NCBI GenBank assembly: GCA_053919585.1
Contig: CM132793.1
Source: Euprymna scolopes
Lineage: Eukaryota
DNA: 64,000 nt
Strand: one strand, 5' to 3'
The position numbers and the translations under genes were made by a program. This document shows positions 14,732 to 27,850 of the stretch, piece by piece. Numbering within the stretch: position 1 is the first letter of the stretch; each line of letters opens with the position of its first letter. The notes beneath the pieces were generated by a model. It did no database searches. It was given only the letters and a program-made list of their open reading frames with translations, and was not told where the DNA came from.

Positions 14732-14803
<72 letters not shown>

Positions 14804-15129
14804 TTATTTATAGAATTCTGTGGATCTAACTTGATCTTTTTCAGCTTGTTTTCGAGGACCGGACGATTCCATTTTTTTTTAANNNNNNNNNNNNNNNNNN
14901 NNNNNNNNNNNNNNNNNNNNNNNNNNNNNNNNNNNNNNNNNNNNNNNNNNNNNNNNNNNNNNNNNNNNNNNNNNNNNNNNNNNNNNNNNNNNNNNNNNNN
15001 NNNNNNNNNNNNNNNNNNNNNNNNNNNNNNNNNNNNTCGAGTGTATTATTTTTTTAAAATCCGTTCAATTGACGGGTAGAGATTTTCTGACTATGTCACC
15101 AGATTATTCAAGTTAAGACAAAAAGGAAA

Positions 15130-15480
15130 CTCGAACAACAACGCTTGCAGACTGAAGGTGAATACAAAGCTACTATCGCACGAAAGGTAACCCCTAATGA
15201 TAAAAATACTACATCGAACTTGCTGGAACTTCCTTTAAACGCTTTTTAAGACTCCAGAAATGGTCCTTCAATAACCCAAACCTACCCAACAAAACCGCTT
15301 TAAATACGTACTACTTAAACCGGATAAAAATTATCTCAGCCGCACCTTAAAATGGGCAATTGTCAAAATTTCAAATACTTGTAAATCCTTATATTTCCCC
15401 TGCTTTTTTGTCACCATGATTTTTTTTTATTATTTACTTCACAGATAGGGATACATTACTAAACATTACAGATTGTTTGT
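15130..15480 (+). mobile_element. Penelope-like element GIY-YIG endonuclease remnant
   Basis: Broken translation YKATIA...YYIELAGTSFKR..KWSFNN...LKWAIVK..CKS...C, paralleling the 29642-30060 PLE endonuclease. Confidence 0.7.
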
Positions 15481-16450
15481 AGACATTACAAATCCCATCC
15501 TCCCAGATACTTCACACCCTGCTGGGGTTCATATCATAGAACCCCACCAACATAATAACTGCACACTCTGATCACTACTACACTACCCATTGAAACTCGC
15601 AACTGTGATATTAAACACTATTTTACTTTTATTATCCTTAAGGCAAATTATCTTAATTCCAATTTTCAAATTTAAAATTGTTTATTTACTCCGTGGAGAT
15701 TACCTCATTTTCCTTACATCTTTTTTCTGAACTGAAAAATGCTAAGATGATAAATTACAGTCAACCTTCATATTCAACATATTCCCTTATATATATGCGT
15801 AAGGTTCTCCCCTGATAATTCCAAACATAGTTATGCGTAATATTCCTCATTAATACATCCAATTAAAAAATATATATATATAAACCTCTAAATACCACTT
15901 TTTCTCCTTTTCCAATTAACCATGCTCATATTCTAAAATATCCCCAACAGAATCTATAAATAATTTCCTAATTAAAGGGATTTTATATAAGCTATATTGG
16001 AGCCATATGTTTACTCAGTTTTACTGGACGCATCTTGGCTCTCTCTCAGCCCACGTAATGACTGCAGTCATTGCGGACAGTTTCTGACTTCTTAACCAAG
16101 TATTGGCGTTAAGACAAAATTTTAACTTAATTTATATATATATATATATATATTTTTTTTTTTTCTTATTTCTTATTTTTTCTATAGTTTACTTGCCCCC
16201 ACTTAACTTTTCCCCTCTATATCCCTTCTTGAACTCCCCTGGTTTTTAATACCCATATCAAAAAAACATATATTTCCTTTTTTTTACTTGAATCATCTGA
16301 TGATACATGTTGACAATGTTTTTATCCCGTTTATTTAAACAACTTGTAAAAGTTTAAGTTAATACACTCGAGGGTGAAGTGATACAAAGCATATTTAGCT
16401 ATACTAAAGTATTGAACACTGTTTTAATCTTGTTTTTAATAATAAATATC

Positions 16451-16489
<39 letters not shown>

Positions 16490-16685
16490 TATACATATAT
16501 ATGATAACAATAATGGAAAAGTATCGGATGATATAGAGATAAAACGAACCAAACAAGTTATGTCTATAATCGTTTAGTCCTTATTGTAGTATTTTATGTT
16601 AAATTTGCAACGACGTTTTTCATTTTGAAATAGAAGACAGTAATACATTTTACGTCATCAAAAATATATTTTAAAGTATTGTACT

Positions 16686-16764
<79 letters not shown>

Positions 16765-16843
16765 CGAATATATTCTTACTTAATTACTTGAATCTTGCCT
16801 TCAATGATTAGGTTATTCTATCTTTAAAAAAGGGATAAAAATG

Positions 16844-16907
<64 letters not shown>

Positions 16908-16912
<5 letters not shown>

Positions 16913-18164
16913 TGAACGTGTCTTTCTATGTGGGTGTCTGTGTACATTTCCCTACATAATAACTCTTTCAATTTTTTAGTCTGCAGACTTGAAATTTGAT
17001 ATACAGGATACTGAGATTTGGGAAAATGTGTGTGATCTATTTTCGGGTCAAAGTTCAACGATGTGACCTTTGAGAAATCTACCAACAATTTGGGGTCTAA
17101 ACACTTGAAATTTTAGATATAAGTTTCTTGGGCATGGATTTAACTTAATAACTTAATTTGTAGCACAAAACACTAACTGTTAACGGGTCATAATAGGAGT
17201 CAACGTTAACAAAATTAATCGTATTTTTTTTTGTTTTTCTGCGCAGAATACACAGCCAAACACACGGGCAACGCCAAGAACCCATGCTAGTATATCTATA
17301 TATCTATAAAAGTGAACGTGTCTGTGTGTCTGTTTGTATGTCTGTATGTGTGCCTGTGTACATTTTCCTTCGCCATAACACTGTTAATTTTCAGTCTCCA
17401 GACTCGAAATTTGATATACAGTGTACTGAGATTTGGGAACAATTTTATGATCGGTTTTCGGCCAGAGATTTTGCTGTTAAGGGGTAAAAGTTCAACGATT
17501 TGACTTTTGGGAACTCTACCAAACTCCTCCGACAGCACTTGAAATTATAGATGTAGGTTTCTTGGAGATGGATCTTACTTAATAATTTGATTTGAGCCCA
17601 AAACAATACATTTTAAGGGGTCATAATAGTGGTCAAATTTTAAAAAATTGGCCGTTTTTTTTGTTTTGTTTTTTTGCTCAGCATACACCTCCAAACACCT
17701 GAGCAACGTCGAGCTGAAATGCGAGTATATCTATAACAGTATGTGTATCCGTGTGTCTGTCTGCTTGCCTGTCTGTGTACATTTCCCTTAGCAATAGCTC
17801 TGTTAATTTTTAGTCTACAGACTCGAAATTTGATATACATGATACTGAGATTTGGGAAAATATATGTGATCCATTTTCGGCCAGAGATGTTGCTGATAAG
17901 GAGTTAATGTTGAAGAATTTGACCTTTGAGAACTCTACCAAACTCCTCCAACAACTTTGGGTCTACACACTTTAAATTTTAGATATAGGTTCCTTGGACA
18001 TGGATCAAACTTAGTAACTTGATTTAAGGATAAAAGAACAAATGTTAAGGGGGTCATATTAGGGGTCAAAGTTAAAAAAAATGTAGCGTTTTTTGTTTTG
18101 TTTTTTGCTCAACACCTAACACCTACCTCCAAACATCCGGGCAACGCCGGACACCCATGCTACT
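16908..18164 (+). mobile_element. Three head-to-tail copies of a non-autonomous Helitron-like element (about 385-435 bp each)
   Basis: Units about 16908-17291, 17295-17726 and 17730-18164. Units 2 and 3 start TC(TATA), followed by (GTCT/GTAT)-type repeats. Units end in a GC hairpin (ccgggcaacgccgg, best preserved in unit 3) plus a CTAG-like terminus (gctagt, gcgagt, gctact). Confidence 0.8.
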
Positions 18165-18167
18165 ATA

Positions 18168-18202
<35 letters not shown>

Positions 18203-18599
18203 AATCAAGATTTACAGCATGTTTATTTCGAACAGAGCTTTGGTATTGTTTAAAAGATTTAAACTGTTTAATCCTATTCTGTAGATGCACTCATTATAAA
18301 ATACGAACAATGTAATTATTTTTTTTCTATAAACTTTAAACAATGCCGATTTGAAACTTGGAAATTGTTTTGCTAATCCTTTTTGTTCGTAAAAACGTTT
18401 TTTAAGCATGGATTAACACACTAAGTACACATTTGTTATACTTATTTGTTTTACTTATTTGTTTCTCTGTTTTATTTCCACGTCTATTGATTTCGAATCA
18501 ACTCTATGTAAACATTGTTTAACTTGATTTTAAAACACAAATATAGTCAATGTGGATTATAATATTATATTATATATAATAAATGTGGATTTTAAACGC

Positions 18600-18780
18600 G
18601 ACAGTATCAGCTGCACAGAATCTTCCCCATTTGAGCGTCTGATGAATCCTCATTGCGATGAAACAAAAAAGATAACAGCGTAGCTTAATTGCCATATATA
18701 TTTCCCAAAATTATTACTTTGCTCTACTTACATATCTAGTTGTGTTAATGTAAATACTTCAAAATACACATACGTTTATA
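18600..18780 (+). mobile_element. Degenerate Penelope pLTR fragment with hammerhead remnant (family 3)
   Basis: CTGATGA atcc...gat GAAAC...GTA gcttaattgccatata (18639-18698) matches 'gaaac...gtagcttaatcgccatata' at 27506-27543 and the reverse complement of 29100-29250. Confidence 0.7.
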
Positions 18781-18789
18781 TAATTCGAT

Positions 18790-19163
18790 GAGTTCCATGA
18801 CTTATCTTCGCATGGCCAATTTTTTTTATACACATACATGAAACTCCCACCCTCTTCAAAATAATATCCTCCCTCAAAAGTGAAATTGTTTTATTGTTTG
18901 GACAACTTCTGGAAGGCTTCATATGAAGCATTCTCGTGTGAGTGTGCAAATAAATCTCGTCACAGCCTCTTACAGATCCTCAATCGTCCCATAACGACAA
19001 CCCCTAAGGTTTTCGTTAAGCTTAGGGAATTACAAAACGTCACAGGGAGTAAGGTCTAAAATAAAGAGATGAAACGGAACTGTCTTGGTGCTTACCTTGG
19101 CCAAATAGTCTGTGACAAGGATGAGGTAATCAACTGGCGCATTGTCTTGGTGAAAATGCCACT
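18790..19163 (-). mobile_element. mariner (DD34D-type) transposase C-terminal remnant
   Basis: WHFHQDNAPV..ILVTDYLAK..KTVP...DLTPCD...FPKL ... FQKL...GGYYFEE; degenerate HDNA and YSPDLAPCD motifs. Confidence 0.85.
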
Positions 19164-19164
19164 A

Positions 19165-20100
19165 TCACCCAGTCTCAGGTGCGTAGTATTTTAAATTATC
19201 TACACATCTGGAAAGCGGGTGGACCCTATCCCATCCCGGCTGTGCTATTAAATAAATCCTCATACTGATGTTGCTCCTGTTTTCTTCAAATTTTCCAACA
19301 AACGCCTTAAAGACTCTTGCTTTCCTGACTACTGGAAAACTGCTTTTGTGGTACCAACTTTCACGAATTGTGGCGACAGAAATGACCCATTAAATTATCG
19401 CTTCATTAGCCTCCTCTCGCTTTTCGCCAAAATATTTGAGTCCATAATTAATCACACACTAATCCATCACCTTACAGCTACTGAACATGTGACTGACCAT
19501 CAATATGGATTTAAACAAGCCCATTTCATAGCAGATATACTATTTGTAGTCTCTGAACCTATATACCATTCACTGAGCAAAGTAGGTGAGGGTAGAGCGG
19601 TAACCCCGGATATACCTAAGGCTTTTGACAGGCTATGACAGGAAGGTCTTCTCAGGGAAATCAGATAATATGGTATCACTGGAAGAATACATAACGAAAT
19701 TAAATGCTTCTGAAGTAAGAGAAGAATACAGGTGTTTCTCGACAGTCGTACATCTAAACAATATCATATAAATGCGGGAGTACCTCAGGGGGCTATCCTT
19801 GGACCTTTATTAATCCGTATATTCATAACTTATCTCCCTGATGAAATTGTTTCTGGGATGTTACTGATGACACCACGCTCTTTAACAAACACGAGAGGAG
19901 AAAACAAAAGAACACATATCTAAGAAATGACAGAAACACTAGAGAAACACCTCGAATCTGTTGCAAAATAGGGGCAAAAATAGATAGTCACATTACTGTT
20001 GTCATATTTTGGGCTGGTGCATCTGCTACCAGTTTTTCACTCCGGGACAGAGTTTAAAAGAGAGTTGCCAACCTGATAGGTCGTGAACTGTCATCTAAGC
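19165..20100 (+). mobile_element. Decayed RT fragment of LINE family A with an internal deletion
   Basis: ORFs 19348-19638 and 19732-19923 (DPLNYRFISLL, HQYGFKQA, DIPKAFDR, AGVPQGAILGPLL) are colinear with about 58520-59720. Confidence 0.9.
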
Positions 20101-21263
20101 GATTTATCTTGCCTTATTTTGAGTTTAAAACAGAATTTTATTGCATATAATTCTTCTACACTAAAGATTACCAATTATAGATGGTGGCGGTTGTTAGTCG
20201 TAGACACTGTTTGGTTTAGAAAATTCACTGCACCGATATCAGTAGCCGAAATAAAAGGATCTGGACAACACTGTTTTTGATTTTCTATCGTACCCAGCGA
20301 AAACCACTAGTCATTATAGTGTGCGCTGGTGATTACTGGCGAGTATTGTTGCTTTATGATGGTTGCTGACCGATACATGACCGCCGTAGATTTCGCTACG
20401 TTGGTGTAGATGTATATCTTAATATGTGTTTTGTACGCATGCGTATTACGGACAGAACTATGTTTTTTTACATATTATGTTCAAGAAATAGAGTATATGC
20501 CATAGAAATGTTATGTATACTCAGGAGCCTGTTGTGTTTAGAGTAAATCAATAAAAAATACATTTATTATTTCAGTACGGTTCGTAATCTGCATGAGTAC
20601 GCACCTATTAAATGATATAGGCCTGAAAGAAATACGATATTCTATCTGATTCTACTCCAGCAAATCTAGGTAGTTATGCAATAATTTTAAAGATCCTCTA
20701 AGTAAACTGATATTCACGTTTGTTACATTTTTAAAATGGTTAAATGAACTTGAAACACCGTGCAAGCTTGTGAAGGTGTTAAGCTATATGTACACCGTGC
20801 TAATGATGCCCATATAAGTCTAATATCTTCCTTTATGTTAAGAAAAAAAATGAATGGGTTATCGAATCGCAAGTTATATTTGTGATAAATAGTAAATCAA
20901 TAGCGTGGCCATTAATCTGCATGTACGAAATTATATAGACGAAAGAGAGAAAAAGGAATCAAAATAAAAGGAAAGAAGAAGGGAACATGAGTAAGAAAAC
21001 GTGTAACAAGAAAACGTAAAAAAGTTTTTGGAAAAAAGGAGAACAGAAAATAAAGAGAAGAAATAGATACAAAGAATGAAAATGAAGAACAAAATGAACA
21101 CAATTAGGAAGAATTAAAAAAAAATTAAACGGAGTAAAATAAGAAGAAAATTATTATAAAAAAAAAGAAAAAGAAGAGAAAAAGCGAAGAAAACAGAATA
21201 ATAATGAGAAGATGAAGAAGGAAACGCAAGAAAAGTCTTAAGAAACGCTGAAAAAGAAAATGA

Positions 21264-21265
<2 letters not shown>

Positions 21266-21316
<51 letters not shown>

Positions 21317-21317
21317 T
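21266..21317. repeat. (TAA)n microsatellite in a purine-rich low-complexity tract
   Basis: Direct observation. Confidence 0.95.
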
Positions 21318-21699
21318 ACAGGTTTGCCAAAAAAGAACAAGAAGCAGAAAACGATGATGAAGAAAAGCAGAAGAAAGAAGATATTAATAACAAGAAAGAA
21401 AATTTAAAAATAGGAATGAAAATTTAGAAGAAAAGGCAGAGGGTGAAAAAAAATTCAAAGCCGGAGATGCAGAAGACGGTGCCAACGGACGGAGTAAAAG
21501 ATAGTAAAAACGGCAAACGATGAATATGCAGAGAAAGAAAAAACGTAAGACGAAGAAGACGGGGAAAATAAAAAGAGGAATATAACTGAGAAAAAAGTAT
21601 AATAAATGAAAGACGACGAAAGTGAATTAAAAATTAGAAATTACAAGGAGTATACAGCAGTAAGAATTGGTTGCTGATCAGCTCGATGTAACAAAGGAA

Positions 21700-22205
21700 C
21701 TAATAATAAGTCCCCAGACGCACCCCCTCCAACTTAATGTATACCGATACTCTATGTCTGACTGGGATAGCTTTCGTACATTCATATCTGATCTACCTCT
21801 GCATTCCATGTTTAAAAAAGATAACAGAATGGATAATTTTAAGCATAGACCGATTCATATAATCCAAAAAATTCCAACAATAACCTAACAGCAAGCAATG
21901 GTTCTCCCCATAATGTGCTGCTGCCATCACGCACAGAAATCATCTTTTCCAAAGCTACCAACGTAATAGATGCACCGAGAATAAAGCTGCTTTCAGGAAC
22001 GCCACTAGCCACTGTATAAGAGTAATAAAAATGCAAGAGAACTATATGCTGTCCGTTAAATCCAAAGTAGCTGATCAGTGGCTTGGTTCCCACCAGTTTT
22101 GGGAAAATAACAAATAGGATTCTAAACAGAAGTGTGCGTTCTATCCCAACCATTATCAATGGACCTGAGGTCATCTCGTCAGCATCAGACAAGGCCAAGT
22201 TGCTT
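21700..22205 (+). mobile_element. LINE ORF2 linker fragment between endonuclease and RT
   Basis: YRYSMSDWDSFRTFISDLP, WFSP*CAAAI, IPTIINGPEVISSASDKA; homologous to 3315-3770. Confidence 0.85.
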
Positions 22206-22214
22206 TACTGGAAT

Positions 22215-23070
22215 CAAGGTTCTTGATTAGCTTGGCGACATCACGCACAGATATTTGTATGTTACCTTGCGTGGTGTGTGCTATAGGAGGAAATATGGGG
22301 AGTAGATGGCCTTCACCGTATAGGGTAGAATGAGCTGCTGACTAGATGACCTCAGGTCCATTTATAATGGTTGGTATAGAACGTACGCTTCCGTTCATGA
22401 TCCTGTTTGCTATTTGCAGGAACTGGTTGAAACCAAGCCGCTGCTCAGCTACTTTGGATTTAAATGCCTGATCATATAGCTCTCTTGCATTTTTATTACT
22501 CTTTTACAATGATTGCTGGCAGTCCTGAAAGCAGCTTTCGTCTCAGTTAGTTTCGTTGGTTGCTTTAGAAAAAGTCATTTCTGTGCGCGATGGCAGCAGC
22601 AAATTCTGTGGAGAAACATGACTGGGTGTTGGGTTTTTGTTGGAATTTTGGGGATGAGATTAATTGGTCTATGCCTACAATTAACCATTAGGCCAGGTCT
22701 GATACTATGCAGGGCACATTTTTTTAAACATGGAATGCAGGGGTTGATCAGCTTTAGAGTATAGGTATACAGTACGATTTAAAGGTTAATTTAGAGTATC
22801 CTTTCATTATGAACTCGTCTAGGGAACTGGTCGGCCCAATGCCAATTTCGCTTAGGAAGAATATGTCCGGTTTCGTCTCCGGTAATTGGGGTTCAACCTC
22901 TGGTAGGATGAAACGTAGACCTTGATGTTGGAGAATGAGATATGATAGAAGGGGTCTACGTTGAAGTATGGGGTTCTAGGTGTACACGTGTTATTTTTCT
23001 GGAGGTCTTTCATGTTGAGGATTGGGAGTTGTGGAACAGGTCGACAGACTTGGTTTGAGCAGGACACAGA
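22215..23070 (-). mobile_element. LINE ORF2 5' fragment (APE N-terminus plus linker), inverted relative to 21700-22205
   Basis: Minus strand, across a frameshift, SFSNIK-GLRFILPEVEPQLPETKPDIFFLSE, homologous to 2655-2765; 22330-22740 is the reverse complement counterpart of 21800-22190. Confidence 0.85.
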
Positions 23071-25254
23071 GGAAAAGCCGGAGAGAAAAGGTTAGGATTT
23101 TTTTAAATGTTTATCTCATTTTTAATACACTTAACAATATATCCACTGTTTAACTAGATATAAATTGAAAGAGATTGCTGTATGTACGTGTTTAACTCTA
23201 CACTCATAAATTCAAAAATATCTCACTGATAAAAGATACTATGAATTATCAATAAGAGATGTATTACCTATCTATAAATCTATCTATTACTCTTTTTCTA
23301 TCTCTCTCTTCATAATATATATGCATATATATATAAATGTACGTATATATATATATATATATATATATATACAAATGTTTTAATAGGAGTGTAGTACTGA
23401 AAGTGAATGTCAAATTGTGATATTCGTAAGAAGGAAAAAGAGACTGAGAAGTTTATATAGTGTAAGATGGAATAAAAATATACAAAGAATGAAAGAAAAT
23501 AGGGGAGAGACAGAGTGTAAGAGATAGGTTATAGATAGGAGAAAGGAAGAAAAAGTGAGTTCGAAGGACACGGTACATAATAGCGAAAACGGGTTATAAC
23601 ATAATATCACGTTTTAAACATTTCTCCGTGCGGATATAAAGGCATTCCTTTCAAATTCTTACACTCAAGAAACCACTAATGTTCATAAAAAATACCAATA
23701 CACAGATGTACCCTGACACACACATACATACACTATACATACACCCACACGTGCGAATATATATATATATTAATATATATATATATGCATAAATGAAAAT
23801 GGGTTTATACACTTTAGTCAAATCTTTTGTATGCCATAGGCGAAACGTTGTTTATACCTAGTTAATGGATAGATGACAAAAGACGGACCAGAATTGAATG
23901 AGAAAGGTCTTATTTTTGGGCCGGATATGCATTAGAGGCTGCCTTACATCCGACGAATCTTTTCGCGCTTCTGCATATTTGTGTCGCTCGCAGCTACAGA
24001 CCACGTGATTTATGTGATCCAATGAAAATGATAGATCGAATTTATTTTTATTTCAAAAAAAAAAATATATATATATATAAATAAAAACAACCAAAATGTT
24101 TTCCTTTTTCACTAAAAAAAGCTCACAACTATATTTTTGTCCGGATCGCTACGTGTTACAAAGCGCCAAGAAAATGTGAAAAATGTGAAACAAACTGAAA
24201 GAGAATAAAAGAAAAAAAAATAATTCTATTGAATTATATATACTATTAAATGTAAAAAATAAATAACGTTTAAGATCTTAAAATAAAAATAATTCGTGTA
24301 AAATGTTGAGAAGTATATTAGAAAAATGAATTATTTNNNNNNNNNNNNNNNNNNNNNNNNNNNNNNNNNNNNNNNNNNNNNNNNNNNNNNNNNNNNNNNN
24401 NNNNNNNNNNNNNNNNNNNNNNNNNNNNNNNNNNNNNNNNNNNNNNNNNNNNNNNNNNNNNNNNNNNNNNNNNNNNNNNNNNNNNNNNNNNNNNNNNNNN
24501 NNNNNNNNNNNNATCATAGGTCTTAAATGTGACAGAAAATGTACATGGATCTCTCACGATATAATAACATACACGTATGTATTTGTATATATGCACATAC
24601 GCATATACGCACACACACACATATATAGAGAGGTAGACAGAGACAAAGAGACATACAGAGAGAGGGAGAGGCGAATATAGATAGAGAGGGAGAATTGGTT
24701 GAGGCAGTGATATTTATTGTAATTTCCGACGCAAACTTTAGCGAGTTAAACACGTGCTGTTTAAAGACTCTAGAAAAACACAATAAGTGAGTGAGGAACG
24801 CAATATATTGTACGACATTTAACTTCAATTGCTTTCTTGCGAAATAAAACGTCTAGAAAAACATCTTTTAATTTTGTATAAACAGTTAACGTTATTTATT
24901 TCTTTAGATAATAAGAAATTATATAATTAATTCATAAGTAAATTACTAACGTTATTCATGATTCAATAGTGATATTTTGTTAAGGTTTCATGCTAATCAT
25001 AATTTCTACAATAATCTACACTTTTGTTGTCGAATTTTCTTCGCTAAAGAATAAAAATAATTTTTGAATACCTATAGAATAGAGAACTACCTTTGTTTTC
25101 ATTCCTTATTTTTTAACATTTATAATTTTTTTACTACGTTAATCTATATAAATTTGCTAATTACAATATACAGGGGGAACGACAAAGTTGTCGCCCTGAA
25201 GAAAACAACACTAAACCTTTATTTTAAAAGTTTCATTGAAACGATGAAATAACT

Positions 25255-25720
25255 TAACTTGATCATATAGTAGAGATCACACGTTTGCAATCCGCTTCCG
25301 GAACTGGAAGCGTGCATTTTACACAAGTGCGGCAGGAGCTAATCAAGTATTGAGTGGATTGCGAGATCAGGCTGATTGGGTTTGTGGGAGATCAATTAGG
25401 GAGATGTTTTCCACATATGACTATACGAAGTAGTCCAGCTGGTTTAGGTCGGGAGAAGGATAGTGAGAGAAGTATACAAGGTCCTAACATTCCTTCTGAA
25501 GCGAAGCCTATTTCTCTTTGGACTTGATCACCGACGCCAAGTCCTGTTGCCGAACTTAGAGTTCACCAGCGGCCAACTAATTGCATCAGATGATCAGCAC
25601 ACTCTTCAGCACATCCAGGATCACTTTAGTGTTGATTTTCAATCAGATTTTGAAAATGGGAGGTGGCACAATGTGTGTCACTCTCAGACGTAATAAAAAA
25701 GGTTCATATCGTTCTTAGAA
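25255..25720 (-). mobile_element. Tc1/mariner (maT/DD37D-like) transposase remnant
   Basis: IVPPPIF, LKINTKVILDVLKSV, VRQQDLAS, SPDLNQLDYFV*SYVE, FQFRKRI; degenerate WQQDSAP and SPDLNPLDY motifs. Confidence 0.8.
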
Positions 25721-26185
25721 TTTGTACACAACTTGCCACCTAGTAGATGGTCTAAAACAAGAAAAGAAAACTGGTTTTCATCACAACGAAATAGAATTAT
25801 ATCCTCTTTTCGAAGACGTCAATTNNNNNNNNNNNNNNNNNNNNNNNNNNNNNNNNNNNNNNNNNNNNNNNNNNNNNNNNNNNNNNNNNNNNNNNNNNNN
25901 NNNNNNNNNNNNNNNNNNNNNNNNNNNNNNNNNNNNNNNNNNNNNNNNNNNNNNNNNNNNNAGATAGAGCGGGAGCGAGAGAGATGCGTTGAAGTAAGAG
26001 AATAAGATATATTTTTTAAAGGAGACTCATGGGGACAATAAAAAGCTGAACAAATTGTAATGGCGCTTTTATAGATGCCAATAAAGAAAGAAATGTCGGT
26101 ATAAAACTATATACTAAATGTCTGTACATATATTTATTTATTCAATAGAGTACACATAAATTAGAGGTGGTGTGGAATTGAAAGG

Positions 26186-26231
26186 TCTTTGTACCATGTT
26201 ATTTCAAAGCCTAATGCTTCTCATCAGAAGA
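26186..26231 (-). ncRNA. Degenerate hammerhead motif (separate family)
   Basis: Minus strand: UCUU CUGAUGA GAAGC-AUUAG-GCUUU GAAA UAACAUGGUA CA AAGA. Intact core, 5-bp stem II, stem I UCUU/AAGA, near-palindromic stem III; the conserved U before the cleavage site appears mutated to C. Confidence 0.55.
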
Positions 26232-27224
26232 GAAGATGTTAAGTAACAAAACAGGGGGTTCGATACTGCTTTTCACTCGACAGGGACATTAAAAAAATCT
26301 TTGCAACTTTGCAAATTTTAATTATTTTTTGTTCTTTTCTTTTAGTCACTTGGCTCTTTAGAGCTGTTTATATTTGTACTTATTTTGTTTTGTTTTTTTT
26401 GTAGTTTTTAATTTTTTTTTACTTTTTCAACTTTTTTATTTTTTTTAGATCTATTTTATTTCCCTGTTTTTACTCTCCTATATTTTCCACCTATGTATCT
26501 CTTAAAACTTTTATTATTCCTCTATAATTCTCATATTTGCACGTCTATTCATCCTATACTCCTTTGTATTTTACCCGCTTATCTTACCATCTCTTTATCC
26601 TATATATAATTAAATTATATAATTTCGATATTGTATCCGATATATTTTATCCTCTTACATCTATTGTCTTTATATTATTCATATAAATTTATATTTCTAT
26701 TAAATAGTGTTATCGATTCAAATACATATGCTTACATATCCTTACAGAGACTAAACCTCCTTATGTAAACCTCTCGCATTGCTATAATCAATCTAAACAT
26801 ATGAGTAAATAAGCACTTACCTTTAGGTCATACTCTTAACCACACATATTTCCCACACATATTTAGCCCACTATGACAGATATGCTATATATTTACCTGC
26901 ATTATATGATAAAAAATATTCTCATCCTATATCATAGTGATCAATTTAGTTCTGACAAACAACCTCAATATTTTATTTCGCTACTAACATAACTATCGCT
27001 AGATGGTCCATCCCTAATTTATTTTCTAGCATCTTCTCTCATCATTAGGATTCCATATCAAGTTTTCCCCCTTATACCAAACTCCTAATTGATATCCACC
27101 CTTACTGAATAAATGAATAAATCTATATAGATATTTAGCATATACTATTATATCGTCAGTTTTTCTCTATCTACCTGCCTGTCTGTCTATCTATCCATCT
27201 ATCTGTCCCTCTCTTATTCTATCT

Positions 27225-27289
<65 letters not shown>

Positions 27290-27290
<1 letters not shown>

Positions 27291-27543
27291 CTACTTTATT
27301 TACTCACATAAAATTAATATACGAAAGTATGGATTTATGCGTAAGCTTTAAGTATTTACTTCAAAAGTGCTCAATGCGTAGGTACAGCTAGTTAGTAAGT
27401 TATAAAATGTATATGGCGATTAAGCTACACTGAATATTCCGAGTTTCATCCACTTTAGGATTCTTCAGGCTTATGCGCATAACCATGAAGAATCCTAAAG
27501 TGGATGAAACTCGGAATATTCAGTGTAGCTTAATCGCCATATA
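27290..27543. mobile_element. Penelope pLTR segment folded back as a long inverted repeat
   Basis: 27410-27476 and 27477-27543 are near-perfect reverse complements (centre ttatgcgcataa); 27300-27455 closely matches 29078-29230 at the 3' end of the PLE. Confidence 0.85.
27421..27473 (-). ncRNA. Type I hammerhead ribozyme motif in Penelope pLTR (family 3), complete core
   Basis: Minus strand: UAAGC CUGAAGA AUCC-UAAAGU-GGAU GAAAC UCGGAAUAUUCAGU GUA GCUUA. Stem I UAAGC/GCUUA, stem II AUCC/GGAU, GUA cleavage triplet, stem III centred on the palindrome GAAUAUUC. Confidence 0.85.
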
Positions 27544-27699
27544 NNNNNNNNNNNNNNNNNNNNNNNNNNNNNNNNNNNNNNNNNNNNNNNNNNNNNNNNN
27601 NNNNNNNNNNNNNNNNNNNNNNNNNNNNNNNNNNNNNNNNNNNNNNNNNNNNNNNNNNNNNNNNNNNNNNNNNNNNNNNNNNNNNNNNNNNNNNNATAT

Positions 27700-27850
27700 A
27701 GTATTGTCCCAGTAGTTTGTTCTTTTCTAATGGAGTCAAAGATGATATCGTGACCGGGTTCGCATCTCCGGACCGGCTGTATAATCGTAAGGCCCTGCAC
27801 TGATGATTCCCGAAACGGAGGAAACACTAGTGTTATTTAGTATTAATAAA
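27700..27850 (+). mobile_element. Family 1 tRNA-promoter/hammerhead repeat copy
   Basis: B-box-like GGGTTCGCATC; cctgca CTGATGA ttcc-cgaaac-ggag GAAAC ACTAGT GTT (27794-27834), with a perfect palindromic stem III and a decayed 3' strand of stem I. Confidence 0.8.
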
